A stretch of DNA of 64,000 bases from Deltaproteobacteria bacterium (GTDB lineage: Bacteria > Myxococcota > Kuafuiibacteriia > Kuafuiibacteriales > Kuafuiibacteriaceae): positions 128,001 through 192,000 of the forward strand of contig JAVJQW010000050.1 of the NCBI GenBank assembly GCA_040218735.1, in the 5' to 3' direction. Positions 43,908 through 54,580 of this stretch are shown one piece after another (position 1 is the stretch's first letter; the number at the start of each line of letters is the position of its first letter). The notes under the pieces are model-generated. The model ran no database searches. It was given only the letters and a program-made list of their open reading frames with translations, and was not told the origin of the DNA. The position numbers and the translations under genes are program-made.

Positions 43908-46900
43908 CGACGCAGCCACCGAAGGCCACGTCCGACGTCGTCGAAGATCGCGAGGGTGCAGGGGAGCAGCACCAGCGTCAGCGCGGTCGCGAACAACAGC
44001 CCCCACCCGAGCGCGAACACCATCGGCTGCGCGAAGCCGGCCTTGCCGCCGATCCCGTACGCGAGCGGGAACACTCCGCCGAGCGTGGTGAGCGAGGTGA
44101 GCACGACCGCCTTGAAGCGCGACGCGGCGCCCGTCTCGATCGAGGTCCGCGCGTCGATGCCGCTCCGCCGGTTTGTGTTGATCGTGTCGACCATGACCAG
44201 CGAGTCGTTCACCACGACCCCCGCGAGGCCGACGAGCCCGATGATCGCCATCATCGACAGCGGCATCCCGTGCGCCGCGAGCGCGAGCACCACACCCGTC
44301 ACGCCGAACGGGATCGAGAACATCACGAACAGCGGCTGCGACAGCGACCCGAGCACGAACACCAGCGCGAGGAAGATGATGCAGACACAGAGCGCGATTA
44401 CCTTCGTCACCCACTTCTTCGCCTCCTCCTCCGCCTCCGGCGGCTCGACGGTGATCTGATACTGCGGATACTTCGCGCGCAGCGCGCCGAGGCGCTCGTC
44501 GAGCGACGCCTGGATCGCGTCCGTGTCGATCTTCGACTTGTCGTACGCGACGTCGATCTCGAACTTCCGCAGCAGGTCGAGGTGCCGGATGTCCTGGAGC
44601 ACGCGCGTCTGCCGCCAACGACCGATCGTCGACAGCGGCACCGCGAGCCCGCGCGGCGTGACGACGGTGATCGCGTCGAGCTCGTCCGCGACCCAGTCCC
44701 CTTCGCGCGCGAACCGCGTGTACACGGTGATCTCGTCGCCGCGGTACCGCATCTTCAGCAGCTCCTGCGGCGCGAACGTGTTCCGGAGCTGCTGCGTCAG
44801 CGCCGCGGTGTCGACGCCGTAGCGCTCCATCACCTCGGCGTTCGGCTCGAACTGCCACGCGGGCTGGAAGCGGTTCGGGTCCATGAAGACGCGCTCGACA
44901 TTTTCGAGGTCCGTGACGGTGGTTCGGATCGCCTCCTGGATCTCCTCGAACGAGAGGGTGTCGCCACCGGAGACGTAGATCGTGACGACGTCGTCCTTCT
45001 TCGACGGGTCCGCGTGACGGCGGTGCACCTCGACGGACTCGAAGCCCTCGAACCCCGCGAGCTCGGTCGTCAGCTCCTCGGCGACCGCCTCCGCGAGCGC
45101 GTTCGGATCGTCGACGTGTGCGTCCACCGCGATCTCCAGCTCCACGTGTTTCTTCCCGCGCAGCGCGTGTCCGCCGGCCGTCGTGGCCTCCCCCGCCGTC
45201 AGATAGATCCACTCGTAGTCTTCGGCGGGGAGGAGCTTCTTCACCGCCGCTTCGAGGCGCGCGCCTTGCGCGAGTGAGTCGTCGATCGACTTCGGCTCCG
45301 CGACGACGCCGTGCACGAACACCCGCTTGGTGCCGAGCGAGATGTTGAACGACTTCTCCATGTCCTGAAGGATGAAGATGCTCGCGACGAGCAGCGCGAG
45401 GAACGCGAGCACCGAGACGTACCTCAGCTTCAACGCCCACTTCAGGAGGCGGCGGTAGCCGTTCTGCATCCACACGAAGACGCGGCGCTCCTCGAACCGG
45501 TACCCCGGCGGCACGAAGTGCATCAGGTGGTTGGGGAGCAGGAAGAACGACTCGAACAGGCTGAGGAGCAGCGTCCCGATCATCACGATGGGGATCGCGA
45601 AGAAGACCGCCGACATCTCGCTCTCGATGAACAGGATGGGCGCGAAGACGACGATGTTCGTGACGATGGTGCCCGACACCGGACGCAGCAGCGTGTACGC
45701 CGACTCGACCGCCGCCTCGCGCGGTGTCATCCCCTCCTGCAGCTTCTCGAGGAAGCGCTCCGCGACGAGGATCGCGTCGTCGACGAGGATGCCGAGCACG
45801 AGCAACAGCCCGATCACCGAGATGAGGTGGATCTGCACGCCGAAGGCGTCGAGCACGATGAACGTCCCGAGGTAGACGAACGGCAGCCCGATCACCGCCA
45901 TCGCCGCGGTGCGAAAGCCGAGGAAGACAAACAGCACGAGGCCCACGATCCCCAGGCCCGCGAGTCCGTTGGTGAGGATCACGGAGAGGGGCTGCTCGAT
46001 GAGGTACGCGGCCGACGCCTGGATGCGCGCTTCGAAGCGGTCGGGCGCGCGTTGGTTGAACTCCGCGATCTCTTCCGCGACGCGCGCCTCGAGCTGGATG
46101 ATGTCGCTGTCCGTGTCCTTCCACAGCTCGAGCGTCACGTAGCGCTGCCCGTCGTGGCGTTTCTCGACGCGGCGCGCCTCCGACTCGAGCGAGATGGTCG
46201 CGACGTCCTCGAGGTCGAGCCCCTCCCCCACCCGGTTGCGCGTGATGGGGAGCTTCGCGAGGCGGTCGACGACGCCCGCGCCCTCGCGATCGATGCCCTT
46301 GTCGAGCGCGACCGCGATGATCTCCTCGTCGGTGCGCACGCGCCCGATCGGTTCGTACGCGAGCGCCTCCCGGACACGGCGCACGACGTCACGCACGTCG
46401 AGGCCGGCGGCGTCGATCGCCTCACGCGAGAACTCGACGTAGAGGTCCTGCTTCGGCAGCGACGTGTCGACGGCGATGACGTGCGGAATGTCATCGAGCT
46501 GCTCGGCGAGCGACTCGAGCCACTTGCGATCGTCCGGATCCTGGTCGTCGATCGGCTCGACGATCACGTCGACGAAGTCGACGCGGTCCTGCTGGACGTG
46601 GCGAATCGTCAGCGGCTCGAGGTCGGACGGGAACCGGTGCTGCAGCCCCGCGACGCGCGAGCGGATCGTCTCGAGCGAACGCGCGATGTCGTCGTGCTCG
46701 GGTTTGAAGATCACGTTGATGCGGAACTCACCCGACTTCGTGGTGCTGCGGATGTGCTGGATGCCGGTGAGGTCGCGCACCGCTTCTTCGATCGGGAAGG
46801 TGAGGAACCGTTCGACGTCGACCGCGGACGCCCCGGGCAGGCGGCCGTCGATGCGCACCGTCTTCGACTCCAACGTCGGGATGAGGTCGCGGCTCATCTG

Positions 46901-46993
46901 CGAGAAGGTCAGGAAGCCGACGACGCAGACCGCGACGGTCAGCGTGTTCACGATCAGCGAACGATCGATGAAGTACTCGAGTAGCTTTTTCAC
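43886..46993 (-). CDS. RND efflux permease (AcrB/AcrD/AcrF family)
   Basis: LPGASAVDVERFLTFPIEE, GILVDDAILVAE, GVVVNDSLVMV and RFKAVVLTSLTT. GTG start at 46993. Confidence 0.93.
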   Translation of the reverse strand: MKKLLEYFIDRSLIVNTLTVAVCVVGFLTFSQMSRDLIPTLESKTVRIDGRLPGASAVDVERFLTFPIEEAVRDLTGIQHIRSTTKSGEFRINVIFKPEHDDIARSLETIRSRVAGLQHRFPSDLEPLTIRHVQQDRVDFVDVIVEPIDDQDPDDRKWLESLAEQLDDIPHVIAVDTSLPKQDLYVEFSREAIDAAGLDVRDVVRRVREALAYEPIGRVRTDEEIIAVALDKGIDREGAGVVDRLAKLPITRNRVGEGLDLEDVATISLESEARRVEKRHDGQRYVTLELWKDTDSDIIQLEARVAEEIAEFNQRAPDRFEARIQASAAYLIEQPLSVILTNGLAGLGIVGLVLFVFLGFRTAAMAVIGLPFVYLGTFIVLDAFGVQIHLISVIGLLLVLGILVDDAILVAERFLEKLQEGMTPREAAVESAYTLLRPVSGTIVTNIVVFAPILFIESEMSAVFFAIPIVMIGTLLLSLFESFFLLPNHLMHFVPPGYRFEERRVFVWMQNGYRRLLKWALKLRYVSVLAFLALLVASIFILQDMEKSFNISLGTKRVFVHGVVAEPKSIDDSLAQGARLEAAVKKLLPAEDYEWIYLTAGEATTAGGHALRGKKHVELEIAVDAHVDDPNALAEAVAEELTTELAGFEGFESVEVHRRHADPSKKDDVVTIYVSGGDTLSFEEIQEAIRTTVTDLENVERVFMDPNRFQPAWQFEPNAEVMERYGVDTAALTQQLRNTFAPQELLKMRYRGDEITVYTRFAREGDWVADELDAITVVTPRGLAVPLSTIGRWRQTRVLQDIRHLDLLRKFEIDVAYDKSKIDTDAIQASLDERLGALRAKYPQYQITVEPPEAEEEAKKWVTKVIALCVCIIFLALVFVLGSLSQPLFVMFSIPFGVTGVVLALAAHGMPLSMMAIIGLVGLAGVVVNDSLVMVDTINTNRRSGIDARTSIETGAASRFKAVVLTSLTTLGGVFPLAYGIGGKAGFAQPMVFALGWGLLFATALTLVLLPCTLAIFDDVGRGLRWLRRILPGDN

Positions 46994-48363
46994 AGGCAGT
47001 GCTCCGGGAGGGTCCCGAGGAGAGGGACGAGGCGGTTTTCGGCGAGGCGGGTCTCGAGCCACAGGTCCCACGCGTCGAGGCGCGCGCGTTGGTGGCGGTC
47101 CCAGTGGTCGAGGTAGTCCTGGAACTCCATCTTCCCGTTCGAGAACTCGCGGTGCGCGGCCCGGATCTGCCCGAGCATCACGCGGCGCTGTTCTTCGAGG
47201 AGACGGTGGGCCTCCTCGGTGTGGCGCCACAGCTCGAGCTGCTCCCGGATCTGCTGCGTCAGCTCGATGGCGAGCGCGCGGCGCTCGGCGGCGACGCGTT
47301 CGAGGCGGAGCCGCGCTTCACGCGCTTGGTAGTCGGTCTCGGGGCGTTCGATCGGCCAGAGGTAGGTGAGCCGCACGAGCCCGTAGATGTCGGTGAGGTC
47401 GGCGATCTCCTTCGGCGGTACGAACAGGTCGTGCACCCGCGTGGCGCCGACGGTGAACGCGAGCTCCACGTCGTCGCGGCCGCGTTCCTGCGCGAGGAGC
47501 GCCGTCTGTTCGAGCTCGCGCTGCATCGCCGCGAGGCGGACGAGGCGCGGGTGGGTCGCGGCGATGGTCGCGGTCTTCGGCGGTGTCGCCGCGACGATCG
47601 CGGGCGGCGGAGCGAGCGGCGGCGCGGGACCGTCGAGGAACGCTTCGAGCGCGGCGTCGGCGCGCGCCTTCCGCGCGACGAAGCGCGCACGGAGGCTCTG
47701 TGCGGCGAGCCAATCCGAGCGCGCCGCGAGCAAATCGAGGCGTTGGATCATCTTTCGTTCGTAGTCGCGAATGGTCTGCGCCCAGACGCGGCGCTTCTCC
47801 TCGATGAGCTCGTCGTAGGTCGCGAGCTGTTGCTCCGCGGCGTAGCGAACGAGGTAACGCTCGGTCGCGTCGGCGCAGAACATCAGGTCCTGTTCGTCGA
47901 GCGTCGCGACCGCGCCGTCCTTCGTGGCCTTCGCGGCGTCTTGCTCGTAGCGGTTCTGTCGGCCGCCGAAGTTTCGAACGAGCGGGAGACGGTACGCGCC
48001 CTCGACGCCGTACTGCGGGTTGCCGGCGGGGAGGTTGCTGCGACTCGGCCACGCGACGCCGGCGCGGAACGAGTAACCGGTGCCGTCGTTCGCGTCGTAG
48101 CTGTACTCGGCGTCGGCGCCCGCGCTCAGAAGCGGGTCGAAGGAGCCGACGCGTGTGAGGTGGTAGCCACGCGCGCCGAGCTGCGGCGAGACCGAGAGCG
48201 TTCGCGTCGCGCGGTTCGTTCGGCGCTCGACTTCGACCTGCGCGAGACGGACGTCGAGGACCTGCGTCTGACGGCCGGGGTTGTGGTCGCGGTACGCCGC
48301 GACGTAATCCGCGAGCGTGAGCGTCGTCGTCGCGGTGGCGATGAGGAGGAGCGGGAGGGGCAT
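46990..48363 (-). CDS. TolC-like outer membrane efflux protein
   Basis: LTLADYV start, LPLVRNFG, two helical repeats; translationally coupled to the RND gene. Confidence 0.75.
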   Translation of the reverse strand: MPLPLLLIATATTTLTLADYVAAYRDHNPGRQTQVLDVRLAQVEVERRTNRATRTLSVSPQLGARGYHLTRVGSFDPLLSAGADAEYSYDANDGTGYSFRAGVAWPSRSNLPAGNPQYGVEGAYRLPLVRNFGGRQNRYEQDAAKATKDGAVATLDEQDLMFCADATERYLVRYAAEQQLATYDELIEEKRRVWAQTIRDYERKMIQRLDLLAARSDWLAAQSLRARFVARKARADAALEAFLDGPAPPLAPPPAIVAATPPKTATIAATHPRLVRLAAMQRELEQTALLAQERGRDDVELAFTVGATRVHDLFVPPKEIADLTDIYGLVRLTYLWPIERPETDYQAREARLRLERVAAERRALAIELTQQIREQLELWRHTEEAHRLLEEQRRVMLGQIRAAHREFSNGKMEFQDYLDHWDRHQRARLDAWDLWLETRLAENRLVPLLGTLPEHCL

Positions 48364-48483
48364 TCGCGCCCCGGTCTACGCACAGGGTGTGCCTAGCTGC
48401 GGGGAACGGGGAACGTGGGCTTTGGCCGCCGGTACGTCATGAGCGGCCGACACGGGTGCAGGCGGAACGCTGCACCCGGAACG

Positions 48484-49440
48484 CTACTCCAAGAGGAAAC
48501 GCTGCGGGTTCTGGGCGACCCCGCGCATCCGCACTTCGTAGTGCAGGTGCGGACCGGTCGAGCGACCGGTGTTGCCGACGAGACCGATGATCTGGCCGCG
48601 GCGAACCTGCGCGCCGGCCTTCACGTTGATCTTCGAGAGGTGCGCGTACTTCGTGACGAGGCCGGTGTCGTGCTCGAGCTCGATCACCTTGCCGTACGCG
48701 CCCTTCTTGCCGGCGGTGACGACGATGCCGTCCGCCGTCGCCATGACCTTCGCGCCCATGCGCGCGGAGAAGTCGATGCCGGCGTGGAACTGCGGCAGCC
48801 CGGTGAACGGGTCGACGCGCATGCCGTAGCCGCTCGTCACGTAGCCGTGGGTCGGCGAGCGCGACGGCGTCGCCGAGAGCAGCGCCTGCTGATCGCCGAG
48901 GTACGAAGAGAGGTTCTCGAGCGACGACGACGTCGCGTCGGCCGAGGCGTCGATCGCTTCGAGGTGCTGCGCGACGAGCGCGGCGCTCCGCGCGTTCGCG
49001 CCGCCGAAGAGATCGTGCCGCAGCGCGGACTCTTCTTCGCCTTCCGGATCATCGGCCGCGCGTGTCCCGCTGCCTTCTCCGCCGACCGGCCCAATGGCCA
49101 GGTGGCGATCCGGATCCGAGACCATCGTCAGCGCGCGCAGCTTCGTGTCGAACTCGCGCAGGCGCTTCACCGTCGCGTCGACCTTCTCGAGGCGCGCCGT
49201 GAACGCGTCGAGGTCCGCTTCGAGTTGTGCGCGTTCCGCGCGAAGCGCAACGTTCTGCGCCGCAGTGTCCCGATGATAGACAGCGTACGCCACCGCACCG
49301 ACCGTGCTGAGCATCAACAGCCCAGCGCCGACGATGCCGCCGATGATGAGGTTCCGCGACACACGCATTCGACGCGGCTCGATCGCCGACGTCTCGGGCA
49401 TGATCATCACTGTGAAATATTTAGACTTTTGCTCCGTCAC
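48484..49440 (-). CDS. M23 family metallopeptidase
   Basis: TM, coiled-coil, HAGIDF, YAHLS and GRSTGPHLHYEV. Probable GTG start at 49440. Confidence 0.93.
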   Translation of the reverse strand: MTEQKSKYFTVMIMPETSAIEPRRMRVSRNLIIGGIVGAGLLMLSTVGAVAYAVYHRDTAAQNVALRAERAQLEADLDAFTARLEKVDATVKRLREFDTKLRALTMVSDPDRHLAIGPVGGEGSGTRAADDPEGEEESALRHDLFGGANARSAALVAQHLEAIDASADATSSSLENLSSYLGDQQALLSATPSRSPTHGYVTSGYGMRVDPFTGLPQFHAGIDFSARMGAKVMATADGIVVTAGKKGAYGKVIELEHDTGLVTKYAHLSKINVKAGAQVRRGQIIGLVGNTGRSTGPHLHYEVRMRGVAQNPQRFLLE

Positions 49441-49611
49441 GCCGCTCGACCGCCGCCTTGATCGCTCATACTTTGCATCCGAGCGCAACTGCTCGGAGCC
49501 TTCAGCCACCGGTCGAATACTAGGTCGGCACGTGCGCGCCCGCCATGAATCGACCGTGGATTTGTCGATTAACACGAGGCCCGTGGGGGTGAGGATGGGC
49601 CGGTGTAGGGA

Positions 49612-50436
49612 CTACTCGTCGCCGTTCACGTAGAGGACGACGACGGTGATGTTGTCGTCGCCGCCGCGCTCGTTCGCGAGGCTGACCATCGCGCGCGGCG
49701 CGTCGCGCAGGAAGTGGTCGTGTAGGACATCGCGGATCTCGGTGGTCGAGACCAGGTTCGCCAACCCGTCGCTACACAGGACGTACAGATCGCCCTCTTG
49801 GGTCGGCACCACCATCGTGTCGACGGCGACGTCTTCTTCGAAGCCGACCGAGCGCGTGATGATGTGTTTGAAGCGGCTCATCCGCGCCTGCTCCGGCGTG
49901 ATGAGCCCGGCCTTGAGCTGCTCGTTCACCAGCGAGTGGTCCTCGGAGAGCTGCTCGATGCGGCCGTCGCGGACCAGGTAGGCGCGACTGTCACCCACGT
50001 GGCCGAAGAAGGCGTAGTTGTCGATGAACGCGACGCCCGTGACGGTCGTGCCCATCCCCTGAAGCTCCGGCACCTCTTGCGCCTTGCGGAAGATCGCGGC
50101 GCACGCGTTTTTCACCGCCTTCGGCAACATCATCAGCGCGGGGTGCTGCTCGATCGGCCCCTTATAGGGTTTGCCGTTCGCGACCGACTCGCGCTCCTCG
50201 TGCACGGATTCCTGGATCGTCGACACCGCGAGCATCGACGCCATCTCTCCGCCGAGGTGGCCTCCCATCCCGTCGGCGACGACGTACAACTGCGCGTCGT
50301 CGTCCACCAGGTAGGAGTCTTCGTTATGGTCCCGCCGCATCCCGACATCCGTCAGGCCGAAGGACAGAATCTTGAGCTGCTTCTCTCCCACGGGCGGGTG
50401 GCGAGGATGATAGGCAGGAGAACTCATCGATTTCAA
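49612..50436 (-). CDS. PP2C-family Ser/Thr phosphatase
   Basis: TDVGMRRDHNED, VADGMGGH, GHVGDSRAY, LCSDGL and GGDDNIT. Start uncertain. Confidence 0.95.
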   Translation of the reverse strand: MKSMSSPAYHPRHPPVGEKQLKILSFGLTDVGMRRDHNEDSYLVDDDAQLYVVADGMGGHLGGEMASMLAVSTIQESVHEERESVANGKPYKGPIEQHPALMMLPKAVKNACAAIFRKAQEVPELQGMGTTVTGVAFIDNYAFFGHVGDSRAYLVRDGRIEQLSEDHSLVNEQLKAGLITPEQARMSRFKHIITRSVGFEEDVAVDTMVVPTQEGDLYVLCSDGLANLVSTTEIRDVLHDHFLRDAPRAMVSLANERGGDDNITVVVLYVNGDE

Positions 50437-50476
50437 TAATCCAGCTCAGCCGTAGGCCGTTTGCCCCAGGAGGCCC

Positions 50477-52150
50477 TCAATGGGGCCGTACGCCCCGTTC
50501 TCGCAGCTCCTCGGCCGCCTTGCGGGTCGCCTTGGTGAGCCGGGCGCCGCCGAGCATCCGCGCCAGCTCCTCGACACGGGCCCCGTCGGCGAGCGGCTCG
50601 ACCCGGGTAGTCGTCCGAGCGCCGTCCTGCGACTTCGCCACCCGAAAGTGCCGATCCGCGTACGCGGCGACCGGCGCGAGGTGCGTGACGGCCAAGACCT
50701 GCGTCGCCTTCGACACGTCCGACAACTTCTCGCCGAGCACTTCCGCGACCGCGCCCCCGAGCCCCGTGTCGATCTCGTCGAACACGTAGACGCCGACACC
50801 ACCGCGCTCCGACAGCACGTGTTTGATCGCGAGCAGCACGCGCGACAACTCGCCACCCGACGCCGTCTTCCTGAGCGGCTTCATCGGCTCGCCGACGTTC
50901 GGCGCGATCAACATCTCCGCCGACTCCGCGCCGCGCGCGCCGGGGGTCTCGAGCGGCGTCAACCGCACGACGAACCGTGTGTTCGCCATCGACAGCGCCG
51001 CGAGCTCCTTCTCGATCGCCTTCTCGAGCGACTTGATCGTCTTGTGCCGCGCGGCGGACAGCGCCCTGCACTTCTTCTCGTGCGCCGCGGCCGCCGCCTC
51101 CAGCGCCGCCATCAAGTCCGCGCGCCGCGCCTCGTCGTGTTCGAGACTCGACAGCTCGTCCGTCATCGCGGCCCGCGCTTCGAGCACCGCCTCCACCGTC
51201 CCGCCGTGTTTGCGGGCGAGGCGATGCAGCGCTTCGAGGCGCTCTTCGATCTGTTCGAGCCGCTCCGGATCCGAAGAGAGGTGCCGCAGGTGCTGCGACA
51301 AGGATCGCGCGAGCTCCTCGAGCTCCGCCTGCGCGCTCGCCGCCGCGTTCGCCATCGGCGCGATCGCGTCGTCCACGTCCGCGAGCCGAAGCAGCCGGTG
51401 CGCGACGCGCCCGACGATCTCCACCGCCGCGCCGTCCTCGGAGTACAGCGCCGCCTCGGCTTCGCGCACGCCGGACTCCAGCTCCGCGAAGCCGCGCTGC
51501 CGCTTTCGCTCGCTCTCGAGCTCGTCGATCTCTCCGACCTTGGGATCGACCGCGTTGATCTCTTCGAGAGCAAACGCGAGGTAGTCCTCCCGCCGCGCCT
51601 TCTCGGCCTCGTCCATCTGCTGCGCGTCGAGCGCCGTGCGGTAGCCCATCACCTCCGCGTGCAGCGCGTTCACCTCCGCGCGCAGCGCGCGGTGCCCACC
51701 GAAGGCGTCCAGGATGTCGAGGTGCGTCTCGGGGTCGAGGAGCGTGACGTGCTCGTGCTGGCTCACGAGGTCGACCTCGCCCCGCATGATGTCCGCGAGC
51801 ATCCCGACCGTCGCCATCTGTCCGTTGAGCAGCACGCGGCTTCGACCGCTCCGCGTGAGCACACGACGCACGAGCAGCTCGCCGTCCGGCGCTTCGATGC
51901 CGCGCTCGGCGAGGCGGCGCTCCAGCGGCCCGCCCGGCAGCACCTCGAAGAGCGCCTCGACCACCGCCTGCTCCGCGCCGGTCCGCACCGCGTCCGACTG
52001 CGCGCGCCCGCCGAGCACCAACGACAGCGCGCCGACGAGCACGGACTTGCCCGCGCCCGTCTCACCCGTGAGGACGTTGAAGCCCTCGACGAACTCGAGC
52101 TCGATGCGTTCGACGAGCGCGAGGTTCTCGACCGACAGATGCGCGAGCAT
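50477..52150 (-). CDS. recN: DNA repair protein RecN
   Basis: LTGETGAGKS, ASGGELSR, FDEIDTG, VTHLAPVAA and ELARMLGG. Confidence 0.97.
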   Translation of the reverse strand: MLAHLSVENLALVERIELEFVEGFNVLTGETGAGKSVLVGALSLVLGGRAQSDAVRTGAEQAVVEALFEVLPGGPLERRLAERGIEAPDGELLVRRVLTRSGRSRVLLNGQMATVGMLADIMRGEVDLVSQHEHVTLLDPETHLDILDAFGGHRALRAEVNALHAEVMGYRTALDAQQMDEAEKARREDYLAFALEEINAVDPKVGEIDELESERKRQRGFAELESGVREAEAALYSEDGAAVEIVGRVAHRLLRLADVDDAIAPMANAAASAQAELEELARSLSQHLRHLSSDPERLEQIEERLEALHRLARKHGGTVEAVLEARAAMTDELSSLEHDEARRADLMAALEAAAAAHEKKCRALSAARHKTIKSLEKAIEKELAALSMANTRFVVRLTPLETPGARGAESAEMLIAPNVGEPMKPLRKTASGGELSRVLLAIKHVLSERGGVGVYVFDEIDTGLGGAVAEVLGEKLSDVSKATQVLAVTHLAPVAAYADRHFRVAKSQDGARTTTRVEPLADGARVEELARMLGGARLTKATRKAAEELRERGVRPH

Positions 52151-52234
52151 CGCCCGCGGCGGTAGCACGCTCGGACGAGCGGCGTCATTCGCAATCAACC
52201 GCGCAACGAAAACCAAACCGGGTCGGGGAGGCGC

Positions 52235-54580
52235 TCAGTCGAGCGGGGCGGCGAGCGCCGGGTCGCAGGTGTAGCGCGCGTCCTGGGCCGCGACCGTGAG
52301 GCCCGCCTCGAACGCTTCGTCGATCGTGTACGGCACGCCGTCGAGGACCACGCGCCCCGCTAGCCGATTACCTTCGCCGCGGAACCAACCAACCGCCGCC
52401 GACAGGTCCGCCTCCACGTCGTACTTCAGCACGAGCCCGTCGACCGCGAAGGTGATCGTCGACGGCCCGTACCGCGCGCGATCGATCCGCGCGACCGGCG
52501 TCGGCACGTCGTAACGGTCCCGCGACCCCGAGCGCTCCCCGAAGACCGGCGTGACGTCGAGCTCCAACGCGCCGCCGATCGTCGCTTCGAAGAGCGCGCC
52601 GTTTGCGTCCGACCGCCCCACGACGAAGTCCGTCAGCCGGACGTCCTCGGCGACGATGCGCGAGACGTCCGGCGCGCGCGGGTGCGGCGCGTCGATGAAG
52701 TCGGCGAGGTCACGCGCCCCCTCGATGTCGACGCACAACCGCGCGCGTACGAAGTCGTTGCCTTCCACGTCGAGGCGCCCCGCCACCCAGTCCGTCACGC
52801 CGTCGCACGACGTGAACAGCTCCGCTTCACCGTCGAACCGGCACGCGTCGTAGTCGCGCTCCAGCAGATCCCAACCGGCGTAGCCGTCGAGGTCACACGC
52901 ATCGACGCCGATGTCCCCCAGCGCCGGGCTGTCCGCGTCGGGGCACGTCACGCCATCCGCGAGCAGCTGCGCGGCGTGGCCGGCGCCCGCGATCAACGCG
53001 CGAGCGACGTCGGCCGCGAGGCGGGCGTCGAGATCACAAGCCACATCCGTGGGCCCGGCGCACGCGACACGCGCGCGGTCGTAGTCGGGATCCAGCGCGC
53101 CGTCGACGCGGTACGCGACGTCGCCGGTGCGGACCTCTCCTTCGATCGCGTTTTCGTGCGACGCCCCGCGCCCGCTCTGCGCGAACACGTCGATCGCCGC
53201 GTGGCCCGAGAACGCGACGTCGGCGCGCAACGTGTAGGCGAGCTGTTCGGCGTCGACCCACATCCCCACGTTCGGCGTCGCGACGACGCAGAGCCCGCCC
53301 TCCCCCGTCGTCATCCGCGGCCGGACTTCGGCGCGGACGACGCCGCCGGTCCAATCGAGGGGTGGTGCGCCGCGCCCGGCTTCGAAGGTCACCGGGCCCG
53401 CGGGGTGAAGCTCGAGCTTCATCGCGACCGCCGTCGACGACTCCGGCGCCGCGGGGCGGAGCGGGTCGCCCGTCGTGCGTCCGCGGATCGTCTGCTCGCC
53501 CTGCACCCGCACCTCGCCGTTCATGTTCGGCGCCGCGCCGAGGCAGTCCGCTCCCCCGACCGAACCTTCCAGCCGCAAGACACACGCGCCGGCGCGCAGC
53601 GTCTTCGTCGCGACGCCGCGGCGGCCGACCTCCACGTCGTAGCGGACGTCGAACCGCGAAGGGTCCGAGAAGCAGCGCGCCGCGACCTCGGCGGAGAGCG
53701 CGCCGACCATCGCCGTCGACAACCGCGCGACGCCACCCGCGACCTCGGCGAACGGTGACGCGCAGTCGAACTGGATGGGTCGAGCGAGCGCTTCGTCGCA
53801 CGCGTAGCCGCGGACGTGGGCCATCGCGTCGAACGCATCCTCGAGGGGTGTGTCCTGGGGGTGAGTCTCACCGAAGATCGTCACGGTCCCGCGGACGCGG
53901 TTCGAACCTTCGTCGTGCACGCCGACGAACGCCGACAGGCGTGCTTCGACGTCCGACGTCTCGACGACCGGATCCCCGCGCCCGCTGTCGAGTCGGATGT
54001 CGCCGTCGAGGGCGATCGACTCGAAGCGAACGTCATCGGTCGGCACTGCGCACACGCCGCTGTCCGCGGCGCGTGCGAGGCGGACACCCAGCGTGACGAC
54101 GAGCGAACCGTCGATGCGGAGCTCGGCCGGATCTTCGGACATCCGCGCCGTGAACGACGACAGCGTCGCGTCGACGTGCATCGTCACCGCGTCCGCGTCG
54201 CGTGGGATCACGGGCTGCGCGGGATCACCGGTGAGGGTCCCCCAGGTGATCTCTTCGGCCGTGACCACCGCGACACCGCTCGCGTCGAGCGTCGCGCCTT
54301 CGCAGTCTTCGTCGAGCCGTGTGCCCGTGCCGAGATCGATCCGGCACGCTTCGATGCGACGAACGACGCGACCGACGCCGCCGACCTCGCCCTCCACCGT
54401 CGTCGCCACGTTCGGTGACGCCAACCCGCACACGTCGTCGCTGCGCGCGGCGATCGCGACCGCACCCGCCGACACGACCGTGAGCCGCGCGACGCCCTCG
54501 GCGATCTGTTCGCCGAAACACGACGCACACCCGCCCAGCGGCAACAGCGCGACGTACACCAGCAGCGCGCGCGCGTTCAC
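52235..54580 (-). CDS. large Cys-containing lipoprotein with three tandem ~250-aa domains
   Basis: GTG start, lipobox LGGC; recurring GVARL...C...DC.G...TGDP..P.P units. Confidence 0.7.
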   Translation of the reverse strand: MNARALLVYVALLPLGGCASCFGEQIAEGVARLTVVSAGAVAIAARSDDVCGLASPNVATTVEGEVGGVGRVVRRIEACRIDLGTGTRLDEDCEGATLDASGVAVVTAEEITWGTLTGDPAQPVIPRDADAVTMHVDATLSSFTARMSEDPAELRIDGSLVVTLGVRLARAADSGVCAVPTDDVRFESIALDGDIRLDSGRGDPVVETSDVEARLSAFVGVHDEGSNRVRGTVTIFGETHPQDTPLEDAFDAMAHVRGYACDEALARPIQFDCASPFAEVAGGVARLSTAMVGALSAEVAARCFSDPSRFDVRYDVEVGRRGVATKTLRAGACVLRLEGSVGGADCLGAAPNMNGEVRVQGEQTIRGRTTGDPLRPAAPESSTAVAMKLELHPAGPVTFEAGRGAPPLDWTGGVVRAEVRPRMTTGEGGLCVVATPNVGMWVDAEQLAYTLRADVAFSGHAAIDVFAQSGRGASHENAIEGEVRTGDVAYRVDGALDPDYDRARVACAGPTDVACDLDARLAADVARALIAGAGHAAQLLADGVTCPDADSPALGDIGVDACDLDGYAGWDLLERDYDACRFDGEAELFTSCDGVTDWVAGRLDVEGNDFVRARLCVDIEGARDLADFIDAPHPRAPDVSRIVAEDVRLTDFVVGRSDANGALFEATIGGALELDVTPVFGERSGSRDRYDVPTPVARIDRARYGPSTITFAVDGLVLKYDVEADLSAAVGWFRGEGNRLAGRVVLDGVPYTIDEAFEAGLTVAAQDARYTCDPALAAPLD

